This document shows positions 30,401-39,800 of a stretch of DNA of 64,000 bases, piece after piece (within the stretch, counting starts at the first letter, position 1; the number at the start of each line of letters is the position of its first letter). The DNA is from Rhynchopus sp. YZ270_cl-10. Taxonomy: Eukaryota. The stretch covers positions 62,001 to 126,000 of the forward strand of contig OZ037845.1 in the NCBI GenBank assembly GCA_964035575.1, written 5' to 3'. The notes under the pieces are model-generated. The model did no database searches. It was given only the letters and a program-made list of their open reading frames with translations, and was not told where the DNA came from. The position numbers and the translations under genes are program-made.

Positions 30401-32593
30401 CGGGAGGTGCGGAATGGGAGGATGGCAGCAGGGATGAGCCGCCTCCACAAGGGTGGGCTGGCAGAGCGTACTGAGGAATCCACAGACATCCTCCGCAGAA
30501 AGCACCCCCATGAGGAACCCCAACCTGCCACTTCTCTGCCGGAAATTGCTTCCGAGCCGCTGAAGCCGATCGCCGCCCTCAAAGCCATAAATAGCATGGC
30601 AAAGGGCTCTGCTCCAGGTCCCTTTGGTCTGCGCGGGGATCACCTCAAGGGGTGGATGGTCAAACACCCGGACCTGAACATCTTGCCACTGATGACGCAA
30701 GTCCTGGACCTGCTGCGACGCGGGAAAGCCCCCTCCGAGACAGCTATGTTCATGGCAGGAGCTACTCTGGTGGCGTTAAAGAAGGGTGACCAAGGCGACG
30801 TCCGCCCCATCTCTGCAGGCAACACACTTCGGCGAGTCGTGAGCAAGATCGAGGTGGCGTCTGTGAGGGAAAAGGCACGAGGAGTGCTGCTGCCAGGGAG
30901 ACAAGTTGGGGTGGCGGTGGACGGTGGACTGGAAGCGGCGACAATGGTTGTGGCAGCATACGCAAAACGACACCAGGGGAGCGACAAAGTGATCGTACAG
31001 ATTGACTACGAGAACGCATTCAACAGCATCTTTCGCAAGACTTTTCTGGAAGCCACAAGGAAATATCTCCCGTCCATTTCACCGTGGGTCGAATGGTGCT
31101 ACAACTCCCACACCGGGCTAGTGTATGGTGACGAGATGATCCCATCCACCAGAGGCGCGCAGCAAGGCGACCCCGCAGGGCCCCTACTCTTCTCCCTGGG
31201 GATCAAAGCACTGACAGACGAAGTGCGTGCAGTCCAGGGCATCGACTGTAGCATCTGGTACCTCGATGATGGGACGATCATGGGGAACCCAGAGGCGGTG
31301 GCTCGAGCGCTGGAGTTAGTGAGGACACGCAGTGCGGAGCTGGGGCTGAAGGTGAAGCTGTCAAAGTGTGAAGTCATCGCCCTAGGACAGCAGACTCCGT
31401 TGGACCTGGACAGAGCTGGCCTCCCCGTGTGCAGCCACACCACTGACTTGGCGGAGACTTGCTCAGCCTGTGAAGGAAAAGTGATGAGCGTGAAGTATGG
31501 AGGCTTTGCGTTCCTGGGGGCGCCAATCGGGGACGACGAGTACTGCGAAGCGTACATGGAGAAGAAGGTGGAGGAATTCGCGGTGCAACTGCGTCTGCTG
31601 CAGAAGGTGTCTGACTCGCAGGCTGGACTGACATTACTCCGTCAGTGCGAGGGGTTTGCACGCATGGTTTTCTACATGAGAGCCATTGGTCACGCGTGCA
31701 CCCACAAGTACCTCAGCCAGTACGACAAGGAGGTAGACGCCGCCCTGGCCGCGCTTTTTGGTGATGAGGATGGAGGCCTGCCGGAAGAAGCACGGAGACA
31801 GGCCGCACTGCCATGTAGGGTAGGGGGCATGGGCGTGCGCCGCATCCGCGACCACTGGACTGCAGCAGCCATGGGAGCAAGGAGCGGCCTGCACCAACTG
31901 TGCACCGAACTGGACCCCAGCTTCACCTGGGACGCCGAAGGATGGGAACGGACGGCAACGCTGTACAACGAGCAAGTGGCTGAAGGTGCTAGGATTGACC
32001 CCAAGCTGCAGCCAGCCGTCCCCCTGCGTCAACGTGATCTGTCTGCAGGGATCCTGGAGGAACAATTGCGGGACCTCTTCGTCAAGGGTGATGCGTACGA
32101 CAAGGCGCGTCTCAATTCTCTGGCCCTCCCCCAAGCAGGGTCCTGGCTTACTGCACCCCCCACCTGGGAGCACTACATCCCTCCGATTGCATTCAAGGCC
32201 GCAGCCAGACTCCGCCTCCACCTCCCCATATACGCGGAGGGTGTCTCATGCAGGCAATGCAACCAGCCCATGGACACCAGGGGGGACCACATCTTCGCCT
32301 GCAGAATGGGTGGGCATCGTATACTGCGACATAACTCAGTACGCGATTATGTGTATGGAGCAGCAAATGAGGCAGGTCTGAGCCCCATCCTGGAACCCAA
32401 CCACCTCATCCTGGGCAACAACAAGCCCGCTGACATTCTGCTGTCCACAGGGGTCGGGGAGTCGAGAGGACGAGCTATCGATGTGACTGTGTGTGTGGAC
32501 GCCGACGTCAGCGTCGATGGTGCAGGGTGCCGCAGTCGCGAAGGGGTACGCGGCGACGAAGGCGGAAACTGCCAAGAGGAAGAAGCATGGTGA
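27404..32593 (+). CDS. CRE-A polyprotein part 1: Ser/Asn-rich repeats, hydrophobic segment, OTU1, Zn finger, reverse transcriptase, first half of RLE
   Basis: NGECMYVAL..WGNH..NHYE; CPVPCC..HIGAH; APGPFGLR, VRPISAG, IDYENAFN, QQGDP, YLDD; CRQC..H..C, RHN, PADI. Confidence 0.92.
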   Translation: MVVKMCRWSAQLWAMVLLCGAMDDGGGDSRSWCSNMSNMRSSSSMSRSSMSSSMSSSSMCSSSMSSSSMSSSIVSRSTAINISTSHGCGRHVSRVGSSTPTQHSQVPRSRCSNMSSHDWSDGLYGSVYCNNSGSNNHTSNIYTCSNGRKGFMCSGYRSCRCTPIPPHYYPKKRPVPNNPSGCSFDSSNNNNNYNNGGRHWMRGRTLDVRADSISSNNSNYNNSGRQWMRGRTLDVRAGSISSNNNNNYNNSGRQWMRGWTLDVRADSISSNNSNYNNGGRQRMRGRTQDVRADSISSNNSNYNNNRNTSNNNSISSTCSSTDSNSNSSSSNCSNNTVGGGERGMLVFGASLAGREGQSYCVTLRVWGTFITPNVHMGRAEHGLGFDWWSILWERLSSLRRPDPRWVAEAPEWGVFVSFAVLDMWKDRRAPTLSHLILWLVGRRGTRRTRRGHRSLNWTKAQASRFRRRKAPCKRPPSQLFRRIRAAVVRVALQWVAIWALVCVGYELGRSAPRALGCALIRDAELLSVLLRKGLLQGRYRARSGRLWLRVLASRVWVFMQRLRRPAGTGDGWELSPQSISLGPGALAGGADGDINPEEAANLDAFLEVHGGKRVPNAANGECMYVALLGKKNALYLDVSKARTELADRARVTKVKTGLRRYFETEAQLSSFIDGLTNPEVWGNHLTLHLAANAWSTTIAVVQPGPNPVVTINPAASSKDLRTQKDRRVRVVSLLNNHYEEVQMDPKNALAMVQSAPFAELDPKGLTATPIPAMTKESPSPLGADAPRLFCPVPCCNGSSLHRPQPFSVPGLRTHIGAHLSSGDHIPHDTLNKLGLGQCEACGGIRSASKETCLQCAKLVKAIAKPTPRERTAVEKADDVDLPEWWEIAQIPIRTTDAIPTSIDRPAAVEFTQALEDVAAVGDEASWKRLCMFAKLVLPAKRGGKHLKTKVAVLRQKDVDEWREGEIAAMWRAAANRTGGTKKEKERKEPTWEEREKAMVREVRNGRMAAGMSRLHKGGLAERTEESTDILRRKHPHEEPQPATSLPEIASEPLKPIAALKAINSMAKGSAPGPFGLRGDHLKGWMVKHPDLNILPLMTQVLDLLRRGKAPSETAMFMAGATLVALKKGDQGDVRPISAGNTLRRVVSKIEVASVREKARGVLLPGRQVGVAVDGGLEAATMVVAAYAKRHQGSDKVIVQIDYENAFNSIFRKTFLEATRKYLPSISPWVEWCYNSHTGLVYGDEMIPSTRGAQQGDPAGPLLFSLGIKALTDEVRAVQGIDCSIWYLDDGTIMGNPEAVARALELVRTRSAELGLKVKLSKCEVIALGQQTPLDLDRAGLPVCSHTTDLAETCSACEGKVMSVKYGGFAFLGAPIGDDEYCEAYMEKKVEEFAVQLRLLQKVSDSQAGLTLLRQCEGFARMVFYMRAIGHACTHKYLSQYDKEVDAALAALFGDEDGGLPEEARRQAALPCRVGGMGVRRIRDHWTAAAMGARSGLHQLCTELDPSFTWDAEGWERTATLYNEQVAEGARIDPKLQPAVPLRQRDLSAGILEEQLRDLFVKGDAYDKARLNSLALPQAGSWLTAPPTWEHYIPPIAFKAAARLRLHLPIYAEGVSCRQCNQPMDTRGDHIFACRMGGHRILRHNSVRDYVYGAANEAGLSPILEPNHLILGNNKPADILLSTGVGESRGRAIDVTVCVDADVSVDGAGCRSREGVRGDEGGNCQEEEAW
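27960..28410 (+). repeat. Four ~81-84-bp coding repeats (WMRGRTLDVRADSISSNNSNYNN) in a CAG/CAA-rich tract
   Basis: Read directly in the DNA and translation. Confidence 0.9.
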
Positions 32594-34427
32594 CGCGTGT
32601 GCGGCGGAGCGGCTGGCGTTCACACCCTTCGCCCTGGAGACCACAGGAGGTCTGGGACCCGCGGCGGCGTCGATATGGCAGCAGATGCTCCGTTTCGCAG
32701 CGGACAGGAAGCTTGGGAACAGAGTGGAGATGTCACAGAGGTGGAATTGGGGGCTAGGGACGACGCTGCAGCGACAGATCGGGAAGGCCGCGACGGATCG
32801 AGGGTCTCTGACTGGTTGCCTGAGGGGTCCTCTGCGAGAGCGTGTGGACTTAGATCCCACCGTCGACCCGGAAGAGGGGGACTTGATACGCTTGCCCCCC
32901 GACCATCTACCTAACCTGGAAGTGACAGACGACCACCAGGGAGACATCAGGGTGAGTGCGGAGGAGGAGCCAGAGACAGGCAACGAGAAGGAAACGGCGC
33001 CAGAGACAGCAGCACAGGACCCAACCCCCCACAGCGAACTGGAGGCCAACTTGGTGAAGTGGGGGCTGTCCCGACCGCAGGTGCCCGTGCCGTTCCGAGT
33101 AGGAGACTGTGCGTTCGACGCAGTGTGCTGGTCAGTGCGGAGCTGGAAGGTGGTGACATCGTCGACCCTTCGGTCCCTGGCGGTGGAGAGAGTGAAGAGA
33201 GATGCTGACCTGGCGAGAAATGCGATGCCCGACCTCGCGACCTGGGTGCGATGGATGAGCCTGGCAGGGAACAGGGATCGCAGGTCGTGGGCGGACCAGA
33301 CAGCACTGGCGGGTCTGGCACGGGCTTTGCAGGTAGTCATTGTGGCGGTCGTGTCATCGGACTCTAAGGTGCACATCCATAGACCAGCCAGCAAGTCGAA
33401 CGGGGCCGTAGCAGTGCTGCACACAGGAGCTCACGAGGCTGGCCACTTCTCGCCGTTATGCATGACAGACAACACGTTTGCATATCTGCGAAGCCTTGCC
33501 CCCGACACCCCCCTTCCAGAGATGCAGTGCCACAGCACCGGAGCGCTGTCACGGATGGAGGAGCGCCCGGGGAGACAGGGGGAATTGCTCACGTGCGAAA
33601 ACTGCGCACTCATCACCGAATGTAGTGTCCCCCACTGGTTTTGTAGTTCCTGCGAGCGCACATGGTGTGAGGGATGTGGGAGCGCCAACGCAAAGTGTGT
33701 GCTGAGGGCAAAGCCAGTTCAGCCAGTTCAGCCAGTTCAGCCGACAACATCGCAGACAGTGGGAGGTAGCTACTACAACAGCAACCCAGCTCCCCCACAG
33801 GACGCGGCAACGGAGGTGAAGGAGGAGGTTATGGATGAGGAGGATTCCGCCGACTGCGCCGACCACGACACCACCATGGACAACAACACCGCAACCGCAG
33901 CAGAATCCTTCGTCTGGGGGCCATCAGAGCAGAGCTACAACACCACACCAACAGCTCTGACTGGTGACCACCACTTGGGTTCAGCGAAGACTGGTGGATG
34001 GACGGCTAAGTCCCACGCGGAAAGAAGGACGAAGCTGACCACCCTTGGGACTTCGCGGCGGGCGCAGGGGAACCACACTCGTCGCTCCGGTGTAGTGGAG
34101 GACAGGTCTGCGGAGACCACAGCAAGGCGGCCTTCTCCCCCTATCTCGCGAGGGTCGGATGTGGAGGCGAAAGGGTTAGTCCCACACAGCCAGAAGGAAG
34201 GGGACAGGGTGCCGAGAAATGTCGAAGAGTGGGCGGACTGCTTCTTCCCCAGGGGAGGGACCAGGCGAGAGGGAATGACTCCCTTGGCACCGGAGGTGGC
34301 GTACGAGGCGCTGGACGCGTGGTGGGATCAGCGGGAGGAGCTGGGGCGCGTCGGAGGACGGCAGACGAGTCAGTACGGGGCGCTTAGGGCGGTCCTGGTG
34401 CTGATGATGGAGGCGACCTTCAAATAG
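32493..34427 (+). CDS. CRE-A polyprotein part 2 (+1 frame): second half of RLE, OTU2, Cys-rich Zn finger, tail
   Basis: AETAKRKKH, FTPFALETTGG; GDCAFDAV..WADQ..GHFSPL; CENC..CSSC..CEGC. Confidence 0.88.
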   Translation: MWTPTSASMVQGAAVAKGYAATKAETAKRKKHGDACAAERLAFTPFALETTGGLGPAAASIWQQMLRFAADRKLGNRVEMSQRWNWGLGTTLQRQIGKAATDRGSLTGCLRGPLRERVDLDPTVDPEEGDLIRLPPDHLPNLEVTDDHQGDIRVSAEEEPETGNEKETAPETAAQDPTPHSELEANLVKWGLSRPQVPVPFRVGDCAFDAVCWSVRSWKVVTSSTLRSLAVERVKRDADLARNAMPDLATWVRWMSLAGNRDRRSWADQTALAGLARALQVVIVAVVSSDSKVHIHRPASKSNGAVAVLHTGAHEAGHFSPLCMTDNTFAYLRSLAPDTPLPEMQCHSTGALSRMEERPGRQGELLTCENCALITECSVPHWFCSSCERTWCEGCGSANAKCVLRAKPVQPVQPVQPTTSQTVGGSYYNSNPAPPQDAATEVKEEVMDEEDSADCADHDTTMDNNTATAAESFVWGPSEQSYNTTPTALTGDHHLGSAKTGGWTAKSHAERRTKLTTLGTSRRAQGNHTRRSGVVEDRSAETTARRPSPPISRGSDVEAKGLVPHSQKEGDRVPRNVEEWADCFFPRGGTRREGMTPLAPEVAYEALDAWWDQREELGRVGGRQTSQYGALRAVLVLMMEATFK

Positions 34428-35249
34428 AAGGGCCTCGCGATTGGTTGTGATTGTGGTTTATGTGGGCACTGTTGCCCTTCCCTTCTCTGTTATTTTCCCC
34501 CACCCCAACTTTTGTGTGTAGCAACACCTGTTTAGTTCCCTGTTTCCTTTTTACCCCCAACCCCTCCCATTAGATACATGTGTGTAATCCCCCTGGTGTC
34601 AAGCCCCTTGTATGTAAATTCCAAATCTTCCCCCTCACAGAAAACGTCAGGAGTAAGCCAAGGAGGCGGTTTGTCTGTGGGCGTCGGCCTAGGAGTAAGC
34701 GACGGAGATTTTTTCCCCCACCCCATCCCCTACGAGTTCCATGGGGGGTCGCTACTGGCGTTAATCATCCAAACAAAAAAGACTACAAGAGACAAAACAA
34801 AAGTAACAAGAAAGGAACTTCGTATTGTAAAAAGAAAGCCCCATCCCGCCCCTTCCTCCCCTCCAGAACCAGCTGGGCACCAATACTGGAAATACAGCAA
34901 AACCACACAGACTGGACAGTCTATATTCACCCCTGCCTCTCCCGTGTTAATGTTCACCCCTCCTTTATCCCAAATTGTCATAGAGCTAAATATAGTTGTA
35001 TGCCTCGCTTCGCTCGGCAAACAACGATACATAATAGGGCGACATGCTGATGACAAATATCTCCCTCGTTTAATTCACTTTTGTGCCTCGTTCTAACTAA
35101 ACCGGCACATGTACTGATTGTAAGACTTTTGGCCCTCGCTTCGCTCGGACCAAGCGCCTTTCATGTGCATTATAAACGTACCCCCCTTGCCCTGTCCAGT
35201 TTGATGTGGAACAAAAAAAAGTCGAGCCTAGGGCTAAGTTGAACAACAC

Positions 35250-35296
<47 letters not shown>

Positions 35297-35303
35297 TAAA
35301 AGT

Positions 35304-35305
<2 letters not shown>

Positions 35306-35368
<63 letters not shown>

Positions 35369-36770
35369 CGCTTTTTTTTATCTACATCCAGTGACAGAGG
35401 GGGTACTTACTAGTCAAGCGAGTATGTAAACAGCTAGATGTCCAGACAAGGGCACTTTACTATTGTACTGGCAAGACAGTGCCTGAAAACACAGTTAGTG
35501 GCACTAAAATAGAAAGCATGTGGGACAACTACAACCAACACTTCCCTGCAAATAAGCAAAAGGGTCGTATGTGAGTGCAATTTTTCCCAAAAGGAAAAGG
35601 GGAGGGGATGGGACGGGAGGGTTGCTCTGTCTACCGGTGTAGTTTTATTTTGCTTTGTCTTGGGGAGGGGAGGGGAGGAGAAGGAGGGGATTGAGTGAGC
35701 CGTTTCCTCTGTACCACACAAACAAATAAAAAGGAAGTTCCATAATCTTTTTAGTAGTTTTCTTTTTGGTGAAAATTATTGAGAACTTCTGTAAGTGTGA
35801 CCTGACCCGACTGACTGACACCCAAAGGGGAAAACAACAATAACGCACAACAAAATCAACAACAACAATGGTGGGTCTCGTGCTTACCTGTGGTGGTTTT
35901 GAAAAATGAAAAATGAAATTGACCTTCACAAGGTAAAAATGAAAAACTAAAGGAGTGAAAAAAGGAACTCAAAGGACAAGAGTTCTGTACAAACTCTACT
36001 CTACTGCACAATCTATAAAAGTGGCCCAATGGCTCCTGATGCCACTGGCCTGGCTCTTAGACAGGTCTTACTCCGAGACTGCCCTCTACCCTCGTCCAAG
36101 GGCTAAGGGCCGTCGCTGGGGTAGACCCGTCCTAGCCAGCAGCCAACCAAAACTATTAACAAAAGGAAGGGGAAAGGAAAGGGGGGGGGGCATGAAAAGA
36201 ACAAAAAACACAAAATAAAAAGGGTTTTTAAAAATAAACATGGGGCAAACTGTCATTCTCTACACGCATCTACACACACACTCTCTCCCTCTAACTCTCA
36301 CTCTAATGCCTCTTATTCCTCTTATTCCCCTTTTGCCCCTGCTTTCCTCCGCTCTGTCTCCCCTTCTGTCCACCACCGCGACCATTGCGCCCTCTCTGCA
36401 CCACCTGGGGCGAGAGCACATGCTGCGTCGCTTGTGCCACTGCGTCGGTGAACACGTTCGACGTGTTGGACCTACCCTGAGCTGCATGGCGCTGGGGTCC
36501 TTTGGGAGCTGGGGAAGGAGCAGGTTGGGCGGAGGAGGTTGCATTGCCACGGCCTGCCGATGAGGAGGAGGAAGAAGTGGAGACTGCAGGTTGGGCGATG
36601 GAGGTTGTAGTGCCACGGCCTGCAGAGGTGGAGGAAGAAGAAGAAGAAGAGGAGGCTTGAGGTTGTCGGCCTATTCCCTCTCGAGCCGCTCGTGCCTCAT
36701 TCTCCCTCCTTGTACTCTCCGCTGCAAAGGCCTGCCCCCTACTGCTCCGGTTGTCCGTCAGGGCATGCAA
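35306..36770 (-). mobile_element. 5'-truncated 1.4-kb copy of CRE family B with 14-16-bp TSD
   Basis: Poly(T) 35306-35368; near-identical to 36883-38295; flanked by (AA)CCTGTAAAAGTCAT at 35291-35306 and 36769-36784. Confidence 0.9.
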
Positions 36771-36804
36771 CCTGTAAAAGTCATATGGGGCATACTTTTG
36801 CGCC

Positions 36805-36807
<3 letters not shown>

Positions 36808-36857
<50 letters not shown>

Positions 36858-39800
36858 GTGTTGTTCAACTTAGCCCTAGGCTCGCTTTTTTTATCCACAT
36901 CCAGTGACAGAGGGGGTACTTACTAGTCAAGCGAGTATGTAAACAGCTAGATGTCCAGACAAGGGCACTTTACTATTGTACTGGCAAGACAGTGCCTGAA
37001 AACACAGTTAGGGGCACTAAAATAGAAAGCATGTGGGACAACTACAACCAACACTTCCCTGCAAATAAGCAAAAGGGTCGTATGTGAGTGCAATTTTTCC
37101 CAAAAGGAAAAGGGGAGGGGATGGGACGGGAGGGTTGCTCTGTCTACCGGTGTAGTTTTATTTTGCTTTGTCTTGGGGAGGGGAGGGGAGGAGAAGGAGA
37201 AGGAGGGGATTGAGTGAGCCGTTTCCTCTGTAACACACAAACAAATAAAAAGGAAGTTCCATAATCTTTTTAGTAGTTTTCTTTTTGGTGAAAATTTTTG
37301 AGAACTTCAGTAAGTGTGACCTGACCCGACTGACTGACACCCAAAGGGTAAAACAACAATAACGCACAACAAAATCAACAACAACAATGGTGGGTCTCGT
37401 GCTTACCTGTGGTGGTTTTGAAAAATGAAAAATTGAAATTGACCTTCACAAGGTAAAAATGAAAAACTAAAGGAGTGAAAAAAGGAACTCAAAGGACAAG
37501 AGTTCTGTACAAACTCTACTCTACTGCACAATCTATAAAAGTGGCCCAATGGCTCCTGATGCCACTGGCCTGGCTCTTAGACAGGTCTTACTCCGAGACT
37601 GCCCTCTACCCTCAGAGCCTCGTCCAAGGGGTAATGGCCGTCGCTGGGGTAGACCCGTCCTAGCCAGCAGCCAACCAAAAATATTAACAAATAGGAAGGG
37701 GGGCGGAAAGGGGGGAAAGGGGGGGCAAACCCCAAAGGATGAAAAGAACAAAAAACACAAAATAAAAAGGGTTAAAAATAAACATGGGGCAAACTGTCAT
37801 TCTCACACACTCTCACCCTCTAACTCTCTAACTCTCTAATTCTTTTTATTCCCCTTTTTCCCCTTCCTTCCTCCGCTCTGTCTCCCCTTCTGTCCACCAC
37901 CGCGACCATTGCGCCCTCTCTGCACCTCCTGGGGCGAGAGCACATGCTGCGTCGCTTGTGCCACTGCGTCGGTGAACACGTTCGACGTGTTGGACCTACC
38001 CTGAGCTGCATGGCGCTGGGGTCCTTTGGGAGCTGGGGAAGGAGCAGGTTGGGCGGAGGAGGTTGCATTGCCACGGCCTGCCGATGAGGAGGAGGAAGAA
38101 GTGGAGACTGCAGGTTGGGCGATGGAGGTTGTAGTGCCACGGCCTGCAGAGGTGGAGGAAGAAGAAGAAGAAGAGGAGGCTTGAGGTTGTCGGCCTATTC
38201 CCTCTCGAGCCGCTCGTGCCTCATTCTCCCTCCTTGTACTCTCCGCTGCAAAGGCCTGCCCCCTACTGCTCCGGTTGTCCGTCAGGGCATGCAACGTCGA
38301 CTTTGCCTTGCACTTTTCCTGAACCGACCACTCATGCAAACCCACCACCTTCATCACCTCATACCACTGAGTGAAAGTAGCGGTAGAGAGGGGGAGTGAC
38401 AACAAGGGTCTGCCATCCTGTTTCTCTCCCTGACGGTAGTGGAACAGGGAGATCCACTTCGTCACAGAAGAAGGCACCGGCGACCCCATGGTGAGGCACG
38501 GGAAAAGACCCCCCCTCTCCGTCCGCTCCTCCTCCGTCCACATCCAAGCCTCGCTCTGCGCCCTCAGCAATTCCCTCACCCTCGCTTGCTTCTTCTGGTC
38601 AGGGATGCCTTCCACTGACAGAGAAAGCGAGCGATCCGCCCCCTCCATCGCGGTGTCGAGGTCCTCCTCCTGCTCCTGCTCATCATCATCCATCTCCTCC
38701 ACCTTCACACGCACCTCGGAGTCTGCCGCCTCGGCCTGTCGCCCCACCTCCTCCTCCAGCTGATCCCGAGAAGGGGTTCCCCAGCTGACCCTGCCTTCCC
38801 GAACGACGATGACCGCGCTGGTCTTGCCCCAGGTATCGCAGTATCCGGCCTCCCCTGCTATCTTCCTAACCGCCTGACGGGCGACCACCGACTCCGGGCA
38901 ATCACCGTCCCCCTCCCCGTTCCCACTCCACGGCTGCTGTGTCGCCCAGCAGTACAGGAACTCGCCCGGGCACGGAGAAGCACCTTGAGGACCAAAGAGA
39001 GCCATCCAGTCGCCGACACAGTCAGGTTCGAGTCCTTCAGGGTCGTCGCCCACCGCTCTCCGCACCGCATGGCAGGGGAGGAATAGCCGCCCTTCGCACA
39101 CCACCCCAAAGCACCGCCCGTATGCCACCATGCGTTCTGCCTCCAGCTGTCGGGAGAGGTTCACCGCCGTCAACAACAGAGTGGTCGCCTTCTGCTCCGA
39201 CTCATGCTTAGCTGCGATGGCGTAATGCCTCTCGCAGCGTTGCCTGTCATACTCCGCCCGGAGCGACTCTCCTGCTTCGGGGTGCCGATCGCAGTCTTCC
39301 AAGTACTGCGCATGCATCTTCTTCGCGTCCTCTGCGAGTTCCCGCTTGTGCCTGGCGGTCAGCTCCTCCACACGATGCCTGTCCGCCGCCTTCGCCTGGT
39401 CCAGACGCACATTCTGTTCCTCCAGGAAACGACTCAACTCCTGCTGGCGGTCGCCAAAAGTGCCCCGAAGCGCGGCCAAATCCGGTCCCCACGACCGACG
39501 ATGCTCCCGCCGTACCTCCAGGGCTTGCTGCCACGCGTCCGACGCACGCTGCAACGCTTCCTTCTTCACCTGGTCCGCCTTTTGTTGTTGCTGCTTCTGC
39601 TGTTTCCGTTGCTTCTCGTGCTTCTGCTGCTTCTGTTCTGCCTGCTGCCCCTCTTCGCCCGCCATTGGCATGTCTACCTCCTCGACGTCCTCGCCCTCGG
39701 GAGCTGGCACTGCTGGAGAAGGAGCCCGTTTAGGTGGTGGGTCTCCGCTCCCCTCCGCAGAGGCAGCCTGAGCCGGAACATTCGAGTGCAAAAAAGACAG

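Larger units (their letters stand above)
27171..35292 (+). mobile_element. CRE-clade non-LTR retrotransposon family A, copy 2 (apparently full length, 8.1 kb)
   Basis: Starts at an HDV-like ribozyme one base after the copy 1 poly(A); long ORF; ~820-bp 3' UTR; poly(A) 35251-35292. Confidence 0.93.

Noticed and set aside
35293..36807. Spliced-leader RNA gene as the CRE target
   Set aside because: No recognisable euglenozoan SL exon (e.g. TTTCTGTACTTTATTG-like) at any junction
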